Assembly: GCF_001194135.2 (NCBI RefSeq)
Contig: NC_068982.1
Location: forward strand, 160,388,984-160,438,998
DNA length: 50,015 nt
Direction: 5' to 3'
DNA from: Octopus bimaculoides
Taxonomy: Eukaryota
Shown in pieces: positions 1-12,599 of the stretch. How positions within the stretch are numbered: position 1 is the stretch's first letter; every line of letters starts with the position of its first letter. The notes below the pieces were generated by a model, which saw only the letters and a program-made list of their open reading frames with translations, searched no databases and was not told where the DNA came from. Position numbers and translations under genes: made by a program.

Positions 1-1352
1 TATATATATATATATATATATACATGTACATGTGAGTGTATGTGTGTGTGTTTATATATATATACATACACACATTAGCATAAATGATCATTCAGTTATT
101 TCATTTTATATGACTTTCTACCATTACATACATATATTTTTATTTATTGCTTTTTTTGACATATATTAATATTTAATCCATATAAGGTTAACTTATTTAA
201 TTTCATCTAATTGTATCCATTAGTAAACAGATAAATTTATTATAGATAAATAATTTATATTTTAAGATTTATATTAACGATAAAGTTTTTATATTAACTC
301 CCAATAAGATATTTGAACGAAATAACGGGTCCATAAACTATTCCATTGAGCCTTTTTTTTATTAAACGCGAATGAATGACATAATACACACGGTACTCGT
401 CAAATAGATACGTATTACGTATTTTCTAGGTACATATACAATCGAACTGATAAAGATTTTGAGATTTCTATATATTCTACTTTAATGTAAAATATAGGAT
501 ATTAATTTATCTTAATTTTTAATTTACTCTATTTAACCTAATTCGCTTTATTTTTTAATTATATTTCATATTTTATCTCATTCTATTTTCGTTTTTACCC
601 ACTTTTAGAGCAAATTCAGAAAAAATATACGAAAGTATGTACACTTAGAACATTTAACTGATGCTTTAACATAAATATATATGATATATACGCCTACTGT
701 ATACATGTGTATATAGGTCTATGCGTGTATGTATATCAACTTGAATAATACTTCTATTAACGAATCGAATATTCAATTTTGAGTTGATACTACGAAATAT
801 AAACGATCAAATTTGATTAAATAAGATTCGATGAACACGTGTACATGTATATTTACTAGTGACGACTAGCAAGACAATGAAAATTATTATATTATTATAA
901 CGGTCTATTTACATATTTATTTATTTACGTTATTTTTCATTTTGTTATTTTATTTACTTTATTTTATTACATAATTATTTTCCCATTAAAATATAGCAAT
1001 ATTTTAAATATTCATATTATTCATATATAGTTTTTTAAATAAGTTTATTGTATTTCATTTTATTTTTCATATTTGTTTTTACATAAGACATTTATTTCCT
1101 TACCAAATACATGTACACTATATAAATGAAATATCTTAAACTTCATAAGTTATGAATTGGAATTTCTACAAGTAAGATGTAACTTATATTATTATGAAAA
1201 CAAAAAAACTTACAACTTAAATTTTAATTTTTCCAAAATTTAATTGTATTCCATACTTACAGTTGAAAAGGTGTCAATGACAGAAACCGGTACCGAAATG
1301 TTTTTTTATAAAATTATTCTAGCATTTTCTACCTTGACTTTTTACCATATAT

Positions 1353-2225
1353 NNNNNNNNNNNNNNNNNNNNNNNNNNNNNNNNNNNNNNNNNNNNNNNN
1401 NNNNNNNNNNNNNNNNNNNNNNNNNNNNNNNNNNNNNNNNNNNNNNNNNNNNNNNNNNNNNNNNNNNNNNNNNNNNNNNNNNNNNNNNNNNNNNNNNNNN
1501 NNNNNNNNNNNNNNNNNNNNNNNNNNNNNNNNNNNNNNNNNNNNNNNNNNNNNNNNNNNNNNNNNNNNNNNNNNNNNNNNNNNNNNNNNNNNNNNNNNNN
1601 NNNNNNNNNNNNNNNNNNNNNNNNNNNNNNNNNNNNNNNNNNNNNNNNNNNNNNNNNNNNNNNNNNNNNNNNNNNNNNNNNNNNNNNNNNNNNNNNNNNN
1701 NNNNNNNNNNNNNNNNNNNNNNNNNNNNNNNNNNNNNNNNNNNNNNNNNNNNNNNNNNNNNNNNNNNNNNNNNNNNNNNNNNNNNNNNNNNNNNNNNNNN
1801 NNNNNNNNNNNNNNNNNNNNNNNNNNNNNNNNNNNNNNNNNNNNNNNNNNNNNNNNNNNNNNNNNNNNNNNNNNNNNNNNNNNNNNNNNNNNNNNNNNNN
1901 NNNNNNNNNNNNNNNNNNNNNNNNNNNNNNNNNNNNNNNNNNNNNNNNNNNNNNNNNNNNNNNNNNNNNNNNNNNNNNNNNNNNNNNNNNNNNNNNNNNN
2001 NNNNNNNNNNNNNNNNNNNNNNNNNNNNNNNNNNNNNNNNNNNNNNNNNNNNNNNNNNNNNNNNNNNNNNNNNNNNNNNNNNNNNNNNNNNNNNNNNNNN
2101 NNNNNNNNNNNNNNNNNNNNNNNNNNNNNNNNNNNNNNNNNNNNNNNNNNNNNNNNNNNNNNNNNNNNNNNNNNNNNNNNNNNNNNNNNNNNNNNNNNNN
2201 NNNNNNNNNNNNNNNNNNNNNNNNN
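1353..2225. other. Assembly gap (N run)
   Basis: Run of N flanked by (TA)n. The ORFs spanning it in the track are artefacts. Confidence 1.
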
Positions 2226-2282
<57 letters not shown>

Positions 2283-2289
2283 ATATACA

Positions 2290-3526
2290 TTGGGTCATCC
2301 CATAGATAATGCAGTTTCTTATACTCCTATTTTTTTTTAATCAAGATAAACGAAATTCTTCATTTTCTACAATGCTATTCCATCTATGTGGTAGATTTGC
2401 AAGGTCCCTCTTCCAAACATTACTTGTCCGTGACAAAAATACTCCTCCAGTACTGTTCTGACCTTGTCAACAGAAATCATAATTTTTACGTGTAAGATAT
2501 TTAGAAGACTGCAGTCCAACTTATAAGGTGAGTGGGGCATTGTTTCCCATTAAAACTGCTTCAGCCTTTGGAATGTCATCCTCTCTGTATGTGGCCGAGC
2601 ATTATCCTGCAAGAAGAAAGCCTTCCGTCTTGAAACCAAAGATGGTGGGGTTTTTTCTAGTGCTGACTTAAGCCGCTCAAGCTGCTCGCAGTAGATCTTT
2701 TTTATCGTTTGCGTTGGATAAAAGTTCAATGGGGACTAAACCTTTCGTACCCTACCAAACAGATAACAACACCTTACGTGAGTGAAAGCTTCGTTAGCCA
2801 GGAGTGCTGGTGTTTCTCCTTTCCCTCTTCATTGACTTAGGTGCTTAACATCTTTATAGATAATCCGTTTCTCGTCACCAGTCACTATTCGGTCCAAAGA
2901 CAGTTTATTCATGAGACGTGACAGCAAAGAAGAGCACACATTCACTCTATGCTTGCGATTAACCTGGGAAAGATTGTGAAGAACTCTTTGACCCAATTTG
3001 CTGACTTACTGATTGTACGGCGATATCGTTGAATGGTTGAATGACCAGATCGAAGTTTCTCTGATAATTCTTCAACAGTTACGATGGGATCTTGTTCCAC
3101 CAGGGTTTGCAGGATGTCCTCATCGAGCTCTACTGATCTTCCAGGATGAAGCTCGTCTCTTAGTCTTGTAGTTTCCGACTGTAGTTTCCAGCTCGAAATT
3201 TCTGGAGTCAACGTTAACACTGGCTTACGCTAATTGTTCGATACACATATGCGGCATTAATATCTCTCGCACTTTCCGTTGCATTGTTGCCCATATTGAA
3301 ATTTTAAAGCAAAATATGCCGGATATTCTCCTTTGTCATTTCCATCATAGCGTTGAAAAAATAACTGCTAAAATCGAACTGCGCTCTTCAAAACTTGCAC
3401 TAATAAGAAGTTCAAGGTAAGCTTACAACTGCGTTTATAGCAAGTGTATGCAGGTAGTTAATCCTGCCCTACTCCGTCTTTCAATTCATACAATTGAAAA
3501 AAGCATATATTTATGGGATGAGTCTA
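2290..3526 (-). mobile_element. Full-span decayed mariner (Tc1/mariner, DD34D-type) DNA transposon, ~1.24 kb
   Basis: Imperfect TIRs: TTGGGTCATCCCATAGATAATGC at 2290 and GCATATATTTATGGGATGAGTCTA ending at 3526, both in TA-rich flanks. The interior is a broken mariner transposase. Confidence 0.92.
2337..3348 (-). pseudogene. Mariner transposase pseudogene
   Basis: Manual minus-strand translation gives MMEMTKENIRHILL..NNATESARDINA, then PGRSVELDEDILQTLVEQDPIVTVEELSEKL (HTH), IVTGDEK (first Asp), QDNARPH (second Asp), WETMPHSPY and LANLPHRWNSIVENE. It has several stops and frameshifts, and the SPDxAPSD third-Asp block is deleted. Confidence 0.9.
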
Positions 3527-3889
3527 TATATATATACACCCACATGTTTATATACATATATATTTTTGCGTGGTGAATGTGTGCGCATAGTTTCACCTTA
3601 ATGTTGCTCCTGCTGATCCATGATCATGTTTTCAGCACAATTTGGTAAATGTTTCTGTTAGTTATAAAATATAGAAATTTAGAAGATATATCCAGTGCGG
3701 ACATGGAGCCTTTTCGAGTTTTTGTACTCAGAAATTTATAACCGCGCGTAGTCTAATCGTGGCTTGTTGTTCAAATTTCATCTGGGTAAGTGAATGAGCT
3801 CCCAATCACTGATAGTCGCGTATAGTCTGCTACTCTTTCGTTGATCAAATCCTATCCCATTATGCTCTTGAATACTTGCACACACAGAT

Positions 3890-4050
3890 ATATAGTTGAA
3901 ATTTACAGAAAAGCAAAAGACGAAGACAGGTGTATAAACAACAAGAAGGTGTATTATTTTAACGCTCGGAATGGCGAGAAAGTCCTTTACGTTTCGAGTC
4001 TATGCTCTTCAACAGAAACGGGCACGAGGAAATAGACAGTGAGAGAATAA
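3890..4050 (-). repeat. Dispersed non-coding repeat, probably Penelope-like pLTR derived, with a minimal hammerhead-like motif at 3984-4018
   Basis: The reverse complement matches 29345-29430 (CTGTTGAAGAGC.TAG.CTCGAAACGTAAA) and, more weakly, 12831-12900. Confidence 0.55.
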
Positions 4051-4051
4051 A

Positions 4052-4114
<63 letters not shown>

Positions 4115-4249
4115 TATATATATATATACATACATACATACATATATATACGTGTATCTATACATGCATGCACACACACACACACGTACGCTCACACGCA
4201 CACACACAGACCCGCACACACACGCGCACATACATTTATATACCTATAT

Positions 4250-4640
4250 NNNNNNNNNNNNNNNNNNNNNNNNNNNNNNNNNNNNNNNNNNNNNNNNNNN
4301 NNNNNNNNNNNNNNNNNNNNNNNNNNNNNNNNNNNNNNNNNNNNNNNNNNNNNNNNNNNNNNNNNNNNNNNNNNNNNNNNNNNNNNNNNNNNNNNNNNNN
4401 NNNNNNNNNNNNNNNNNNNNNNNNNNNNNNNNNNNNNNNNNNNNNNNNNNNNNNNNNNNNNNNNNNNNNNNNNNNNNNNNNNNNNNNNNNNNNNNNNNNN
4501 NNNNNNNNNNNNNNNNNNNNNNNNNNNNNNNNNNNNNNNNNNNNNNNNNNNNNNNNNNNNNNNNNNNNNNNNNNNNNNNNNNNNNNNNNNNNNNNNNNNN
4601 NNNNNNNNNNNNNNNNNNNNNNNNNNNNNNNNNNNNNNNN
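4250..4640. other. Assembly gap (N run)
   Basis: N run between (CA)/(TA) and (GT)/(GCGT) microsatellites. Confidence 1.
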
Positions 4641-5018
4641 AATATATATGTCAGTGTGTTTGTGCGTGTGTGTGTGTGTCTGTATGTGCGTGCGTGCGTG
4701 CGTGCGTGTGTGCGTGCGTGCGTGCGTGCGTGCGTGTAAATGAGAAAGAAAAAGGGAATGGAATTCATGAGTCTCTTAAATATCCACTTCGACCAGTTCG
4801 TGTCTTCGTGCAACGCTGCTTCACGGAAGAGCTGTTGTATAAACTATTGTTGCGCATTGGTGTCTCATCAGGTGAGCAGTCATGTAAGTCACTGGCTATA
4901 GCCAATGACTATATGTTTAAATGAAATGTCTGTGCATGCCACGAATTAACTAGCTGGGCTTTTGATGCGATCTTCACATAAGTGTCTAAGAAATACATGA
5001 ATGAGGTTGCATCAATAA

Positions 5019-7194
5019 CACTGGGCAACAAAAAGACCTTTTTGTCTGGTGCCTTGAATATTTCAACGAATTCTAAAGTGATTTTACCTGCTAAATTAAA
5101 AAAATAACTTCAGATTTTCTCTATCAGGTCTAGTTTTCTGACTAAACCTGATAGAGTAAGTATTTTATTCATATAAAAGGCACATAGTATGAATCAATAA
5201 AGAGAGTGTAACACAAACAAAACGAAGTACAAATAAAAATTGAAAATTGAAAATGCACATTGGTTAAAACTTTTGGCAGAAAATTCAAGGAATAAATTTG
5301 TGCTTCTTTGCGCACTGTAAATGTTGAGCAATACGAGTATCACGTTTTAAATACCAGAAATAGTCTGCCATCACCACAGTGTCCCTTCATCCTTGGTACC
5401 AAGTTTCCATCTCCTTGATGTCTTAATGGAATACTTCGCCTTGTTCATCGCTAACATCTCCGAGGTTTTCAGGAAAACAGTCAAGTTAACGAAAAAGATA
5501 ATGCATTTTGATGCTGATATTTGCGCCAACACCACGAGAAGTTGCTATCAAGTTGGTCACAATGTCTTTATAGTTTTTACTTTTGTGTTTCCCAAGAAAA
5601 TTTTGCACTATTTCTGCAAAGGCTAGCTAAGCTGATGCTTCATTTTCGCTCATTACTTTCATGAAATGTGTGTCCTTCAAGAGCTTACGAACCTGTGGTC
5701 CATAAAAATTCCCTGCTTTAAGTTTTTCAATCGTCAAGTCTGGAAATACACTGCAGATATACTTGAAGCACTCTCCGTTATTGTCAAGAGCTTTGACGAA
5801 TTGCTTGATCAATCCGATTTTGATGTGCAATGGGGTGGGGTGAATGATCTTATCTCGCTCAACTAAACGTTCTTCCAATATATTGGCAACTTTAAACGGA
5901 GCCATATTTGTTCGAGGCGGCCAGTCTTTCTTAACATAGTGGTTTCCTTGGTCTCTACTGTCGCACATGCAAAAAAGCATGGGTATTTGGCATATTTCTC
6001 ACGGCTGGCCCGTGAGAGAATTCACCGTCTTTAAGTCAACGCAGACGACCCAGTCATGGTCATGATACAGTATCTTCTGTAAAACCAACTTTACTTCTCA
6101 TATCTTTCCTTCAGAGTTGTTGAGTAGCCGCGTGGAACAGAGCCATACACATTTCCGTTGTGCAACACTACACATTTTAAACTACGCTTAGAGCTCTCTA
6201 TGAAAAGACGCCATTGTTCTGATCTGTTTTCCTCAATGTCAAGTTTATCAAGAAGCCCACTGATATCTCTACAGTAGATCATCTCTTCCACTTTTTTGAT
6301 AAAAGAGAGGAACTCTTCATGCCGACTCCGATAAAATGTTATACAGACACCATTCTCTAGACGATTCTTCTCTTTCAGTCGAGAAGCCAACAGTTCTGCA
6401 GAATTTTTGGGGAGGATCAAGTCACGAACTAGATCATTCAACTCTACCTGGAAGAATAGCTGAGGTAAAGTCTCAACTGCGAGGTCTTAATCCCTAATGC
6501 CTTCTTCAGGTGATGAATCTTCTTTGGTTGAGGGTAAAGTTATCTGAGGCAAGAACACGAAGCTCTTCACTGTGTCGAACCGATCTAATATCAGAGACAA
6601 GATTAGGATAGACAAGTATTTATCGATTTTTACAGTTAATACCCTTCAAATTTAGGTTACAAAAATAGCAGTCGTCCGCGTGATTATAGGGCTCCTGCCA
6701 TACCATCAGCATAGAACACCTCATACTTTTCCTTGTCCCTTTAGTCCATTGTTGCAAATGTTCTGTACATTGTTTGCAGATAATATGCGGTGCCCAATAT
6801 TTATCTTGGTCTCCCAGCTTGACCCCAAAATATGCCATATACGCTCTTTCAACAAAATCAGTGATGTTTTTTTCTATTTTTCAAGTAATGTGCGTTCTCC
6901 ACATAAGAAAACACATTTGAAGAATTAACGCAACACTTTCTTGAAGAGGACATCTTGTTGATTTTCTATTGCTTAGTTCACCAAAATATCTAAAAAGTAT
7001 GGAAGAAGAAGAAAAAAAGGTAACAAACACTGCGTACTAGACCTACACACATATATAGTGACTATAGGAATGTTCAATAACTTAAAAACTAGATCTGATA
7101 GGTCAAAAGGAAGGTTAAATTTGGATTTAGGAGGCCGATTTTATATAGGAATGATGTCTATTTCATACACACCAAAAAACCTTGTAGACCAGTA
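5019..7194 (-). mobile_element. Full-span decayed Chapaev3-type (CMC superfamily) DNA transposon, ~2.18 kb
   Basis: Termini are CACTGGGCAACAA (5019) and TTGTAGACCAGTA (7194). The subterminal inverted match is CTATCAGGTCTAGTTTT / AAAACTAGATCTGATAG. TAA lies directly outside both ends (5016-5018, 7195-7197), matching the 3-bp TWA TSD of Chapaev3. The transposase remnant lies inside. Confidence 0.85.
5285..6953 (-). pseudogene. Chapaev3-type transposase pseudogene (track ORFs 6620-6838, 6091-6441 and 5627-5980 are fragments of it)
   Basis: Motifs in order: MSSSRKCC..FLCG, AYFGVKLGDQDKYWAPHIICKQC..WQEPYNHADDCYFC (N-terminal Zn-finger), WRLFIESSKRSLKCVVLHNGN, LHIKIGLIKQFVKAL, GPQVRKL, NISIKMHYL, ENLGDVSDEQGEVFH.DIKEME..YQG..MADYFW.LKRD. 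Multiple stops and frameshifts. Confidence 0.85.
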
Positions 7195-7659
7195 TAATAG
7201 CTAAATACATTAAACGCCTCATGATATTGTTTTGCATTACTTCAGATAGAGAAAGTATCATAGAAAGCTAACAGCATGTTAAGTACACGATTATTAATTC
7301 AACTTCTTAAAACTTACCAGACTCACGTATAAGTCTTGTGGAATGATATTCCATATAGATGGTCTTAGTTTCTACGCTTGTATTATAGACAACTAGAAAC
7401 AATACTGCATGAAGAATACATCATTTATTGATTCTGAAAACGTTCATCAATTCAACCTTGAAGAGAGGGAAATTAATTATGAATACATATTGGATAGTAG
7501 ATAAAGAAACGTAGATAAGAGAAATGGATGAATTACAGACAAGCAAATGAATAGGAATCAGTGAACTAGACAAAGGGCAGCACATACACGTGAACGAATG
7601 GGATAGGAAAGAATTCTATAAACGAAGACAGTGAAACAGAAAGACGAAAGGAGAACGAT

Positions 7660-7890
7660 GATGATAGTGATGATAATGAAGACAACGATGGCGATGATAA
7701 ATCTTGATAGTGGCACTGTGGATAATGATGATATAATGATGATGGTATAAACATGATGGGGAGGGTTGGGGATAATGATGATGATAATGATAAAAATAAT
7801 GATGATTATAATGATGATGATGATGGTGGTGTTGGTGGTGGTGGTGGTGGTGGTGGTGGTGGTGGTGGTGGTGGTGACGATGATGATGAT
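7660..7890. repeat. Degenerate (GAT)n/(GGT)n trinucleotide region
   Basis: Read directly from the sequence. It produces the poly-His, poly-Thr and poly-Val pseudo-ORFs. Confidence 0.95.
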
Positions 7891-10320
7891 ACATGTTGAA
7901 ATGTTCAAATACTTATTAAAGTTGTCAAACACATGTTATAGCGTTATTTTTAATAATCAATAATATGTATGGCCCTTTTTAAACGGTGTAAAATATTTGT
8001 TAGGATGTGTTTCATTAAATAGATTTCTTACATCATTTAAATGATAAATGATACAACGAATTTAAAAGATTATTCGTCAAAGAAATAAATCAGTATATAA
8101 ATTGTAAATAGAATTAAGATTCCTTTGACTATATATATCCGAAATGTTATTTCATTGATTCTTGTTACGCAGTGAATGCCGTTAATGAGTTGTAATTCAT
8201 ACATCGTTTTGCAAGTAGGTCTGGAAAGTAATTGAATTAGTTGCTAATTGATATGACAGCATCATAAGCCCAATTACATGATTTTGTTATAATTAAAAAG
8301 TAAAATAAAAATTATAGACTGAGATAAATTTATTTCATCTATTTTTACAAACAGAACGAAATAGAGACAAATCAGTTTTTCTAATGAAATTAGCATACGT
8401 TGCATAATTGTATTTTTCAAAGAATAACTAAACATGTAAGTTTAATGTCTTAATCGCACATATGAAAATAAACAACCGGATATCTGTATTGATCTAAATG
8501 TCTTCTGAAAATGTCTCTGATTAATATATATGAAAATAGGTACAAAATGCAGACTTTTATTAAGGATTTTGAGCATTGAATCTATCATGTCCCAACAGAT
8601 TTATGATCATATGCATTCTGCCTATAACTATGCCATTGTTTTGGAGGTATATCATACTAAATTATCTAACATGTTATATTTGTAAGAAGCTATGAATTAT
8701 TTCAAGGAAGGTCGGCTGGTATTTCAAGCATATTACAATGTTAAACAGAGCTCCCTCATCAAGGAACATATGTTAGAAGGTTCAAACAAATTAGCACAAA
8801 TACTAATAGTTTATTTCATCGAACGATCAATGCAAGCCGATAAAGGGTATTGAAATTCATATCTTGTTCAGACGTAATTAAATACAGCAACAAATTCGCA
8901 CTACTTTTCTACGCATTCTTCCTATACACTTCCTATGCACGACGTCCGACAAATAATGATATATGGTCTCCTCACATTCGTCTGAAAGACATTAGATCAG
9001 CGGGTGACACAACAAATAGTAAATGGATGTATAATTCATTTGATGGCAATGGGAGACCTTTCAACCAAAAGGAACTACAGTCTGATTTAATTGTTAGGAT
9101 TTGTCTAAGTTTTGGGAAACAGAGCAGTGTTCTTCACATTGCTTTCGCCATCTATATTGTGTAATTACTTCGATGTGCTCGAACGAGCCATTCTTTTTGA
9201 TTTGCATTCTATTTCAGAAAACACATTTATAACAATCATTTGTGATAAGGTGATATTTCCTGAAAATGTTATTGACTGTAAAGAAACCATTTCGCCGGAA
9301 ACGTCATTGGAAATAGAACTACTCTGATATTATATTAGATTAAATTCAACTGAGATTAAGACTGATTGGTGTGACTTCAACTAGAAAGAAACAAAAAGTA
9401 ATTTATCATTCTTTCAGAGCAAAATGATCATGGTTCAGTTTTTGCAAATGCAATTACTCAACATACCAACTCCTTTAATGGGATTCGAGAAATTTAATAG
9501 GTTCATGATTAATCTCTTTCCATTTCATGCAAAATACTATAAGACCGCGTGTCTCTTATTCAGCGAAATTGTTCCATGATTATAACAACACATCATTATT
9601 TAGAAGAAATACAATTAAAGTTCCATGCTACAAAACATTTTCGATGTAATAACGGAATAATGCATTACTTTATAAACAGCACACACACACACACACACAT
9701 ACACTCTCTCCCTTTTCCTCTCTCCTCTCTCTCTCTCTCTCACCCACACACACAGACATTACTTCGATGTGTACAATATTATTGACAGCGTCTTCGAAAT
9801 TTCGGCCAGATTGCAATGCAGCAAAATTAATATTGGCTTTATATAGTTTCTCTTAAGTTAAAGATTTCTTTAGGCATGTGATTTCTGTAGAGTAGTAATT
9901 AGGTTTCAGGGTAGGTTGTTATAGAGAGGTATTTTGGAGAAATTTTTATCGATTAAATTTGAGGTTATTTTAGTATTTTGCAGATTTTATTCGCGCATAT
10001 ATAACTTTGTAAGCAGGTGTGAATATTTAGACGTATTCATTTTAGTAGGTACGCACAGGATAAGGTAGTAGCTTTAGTTAGTTTTGGTTTAGTTAATTTT
10101 GGTTTTATTCTGTTTAATCATTTGCTTTGACAATGTAAAGGTTAAAAATTCAATGTTTATTCCTGTATTTAAGAACTTATTAATTGGATGTATCAACGAG
10201 ATAAAGTAATTGGCTGGTGGTAATCAAAATTCAGAGTTGCATCGATACACCAAAATTGAAAGCAATCTGAGCAAAATTAAGTGGAGCTCATTTTGCGAAT
10301 GAGAAAGACTAGATCCGATC

Positions 10321-10372
<52 letters not shown>
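10321..10372. repeat. (TAA)n microsatellite
   Basis: Perfect run. Confidence 0.98.
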
Positions 10373-10375
<3 letters not shown>

Positions 10376-11111
10376 TTCAATAGGAAGATTCTTGGCGTGA
10401 TATGGTGATCTCATATCAAGATTAATAGTGCATGACCTTTCAGGTGGAGTCCAATTATTATTTTCTTCGTGTCGAGTGGCCCATCAATCTCAGAAGGTCC
10501 TTGAATAAGGATTGTTTAAGGATGTTGAATGAAACACCTGTGTTGCCAGAGATGAATTATCCAAACTCAAAAGAATTCCTTACAACACATTGCTATGATG
10601 CTCCTCAACTACTTCTGGTCGTGATCAGAGATATATATATAGTGAGCCATTAAAGGATATGCTAAACTGGTTAAAGTCAAACAATTGACAAGTATATTTG
10701 TGGTATTAAGCAGAATATTTGCTGTAGCCCATCTTTTATACCAAGACAAAACAATGTACGTGATAGCACTTCCAATCAGTTGAGATTAAAAAACAATGAG
10801 TGCCATTATTTCTAGTATTGTTATTATTATCAGTTTTATCATCATCCTTGTTGGTGTCGTTATTGTTAGTTTTCATCATCATTCTTCTTCATATTGCTAC
10901 TTCACTTATTTTATCTAGAATAAATATCTAATAGATATTTATAGTTCCATACCAAAATTACTATACTCACTTGTCCCTGTTGTAACTTGATACGGGCGTC
11001 AATACCGCGATATTATCCTATATAAATTATAATTCCTCTTCTCCCTATTCGTTTTCAACTTAACTCTCATAATTTTTCTTCTACCTCTTCTATTTCCTCT
11101 TAATATTCGCT

Positions 11112-11308
11112 TTGTTGTTGTTGTTGTTGTTGTTGTTCTTCTTCTTCTTCTTCTTCTTCTTCTTCTTCTTCTTCTTCTTCTTCTACTACTACTACTACTA
11201 CTACTACTACCACTACTACTACTACTACTACTACTTCTTTATTTTCTTCTTCGTTTCTTCTTTTTTTGCTACTACTACTACTACTACCTCTACTACTACT
11301 ACTACTAC

Positions 11309-11340
<32 letters not shown>

Positions 11341-11372
11341 CTTCTTCTTCTTCTTCTCCTGCTCCTCCTCCT
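11112..11372. repeat. Compound trinucleotide microsatellite (TTG)(TTC)(TAC)..(TAC)(TTC)(CTC)
   Basis: Read directly from the sequence. It explains the homopolymer ORFs at 11100-11571. Confidence 0.98.
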
Positions 11373-12599
11373 CCACCCCTGTATTATCATCCTTCTACTG
11401 CTTTTTCACCCAATAACCATACGTTTATCTGCTTTAGTATTGACATTGTATTTCTCCTGTCCGTCGTTTCACAATTGTCGATTAATCGTTATTCTTTCTC
11501 TTCCCAATATATGCAAAACACAAGACGTGGCAGACACAAAATGTAAGAGAGCACCTGTGATGCATGTCTGAAAAAGTACCACTCTCATGTTTAAATCGCA
11601 AATATTACGTAGTCCTTCACATGGCATAGCGTGAAGTTGGTAGAGAAACAATTGTAACTGGTCATTAAAGATATAATAAAGTCACTTTTTTCTTTTTTTT
11701 ACTTCGATTATATTTTCATTTTGCACACACACACACACACACGCACATATATATATATACATATACAGACATACATTCATACATACACGCGCGCGCGCAC
11801 GCACACACACAGACCTTTAGGGTCGTATATATGAAAAATGTTCGAGTAATGACGCAACGTAATAGATATGTACTTTGAGTGTTCGGTTTGGTTTACCTCT
11901 AAAACTTCCGGCTTGAACCGCGACTGAAAGAAAGGCGGTGTTGAAGCTGCTTATCAAAGACGGCTAGAAGTGGTTCGTCGTTGATCAAGTAGATACTTAT
12001 TTACAAAAAGAAAATGAACAAGCAAAACATACGGTATCACTTTACAACTTAGAATTTATAATTTAAACATGGTGCATATTATTTTATAATAAATCCAGGA
12101 TTATGAATACGAGATTATTTACGCGTTACTTCATAATCCCCTATTTACTATAACTACGCTGCACTATGATTAAAATATAAATCAGATGCTGTAAAGTGAT
12201 ACCAAATGCTTTTCTTCTTTCTTCTTTCTTACTAATACACACACGCGGTTCAGACTTGTAAAAAAAAAACAAGAGAGTGACATGTGAGGAAACAACAAAC
12301 GATCACAAGGAGGAATTGTGTTTGTCTCCATTTTGGATAAAAAAACGAAAATTCATAGTAAAGTCTCCTAAAGCAAACAAAAAATCAACGGGAACTACAC
12401 TTGGATGAGAATGTTTGAATGACTATCTCCCTTGGCATCCACTTTAGGAAGAAACCGTGCTGGATGTTGAACTGGCTTGATATAATTATATTATGTGTAT
12501 GTGTAATGCTCGTATGTTTGTGTGTTGAAGGAGTTCATTAGTGGGGAACGTATTTTTTATGTGTGAAGTTCATATGGTGTATATATTCAATATTCACGT

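Noticed and set aside
1244-2305. Long ORFs spanning N gaps (also ~4002-4813, 13986-14667, 16840-17142, 18067-18895, 27133-27841, 37443-38019)
   Set aside because: They are open only because N is translated as X, and the flanks are microsatellites.
4790-4880. CTGATGAG on the minus strand and Cys-rich/+ strand exon-like frames ending at CAG|GTGAGC
   Set aside because: The downstream core is GAAG, not GAAA, with a long unstructured insert, so it is not a credible hammerhead. The exon reading has a weak acceptor and no recognisable homology.
7558-7963. Poly-His/Thr/Val/Ile ORFs (also 11100-11571, 38395-38779, 20130-20594, 23113-24084, 26710-27139, 29257-29839, 48709-49055)
   Set aside because: Di- and trinucleotide repeats lack stops in several frames. 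There is no protein-like content.
8850-9327. ORFs of 104 and 71 aa
   Set aside because: No motif or codon-bias evidence. The lengths are within chance.
9900-10200. G/T-skewed AT-rich sequence as a possible mitochondrial insertion
   Set aside because: No mitochondrial gene motif was recognisable in any frame.
10630-10800. Segment I recall as a cephalopod interspersed repeat
   Set aside because: Single copy in the window with no internal structure, so it cannot be supported from the sequence alone.
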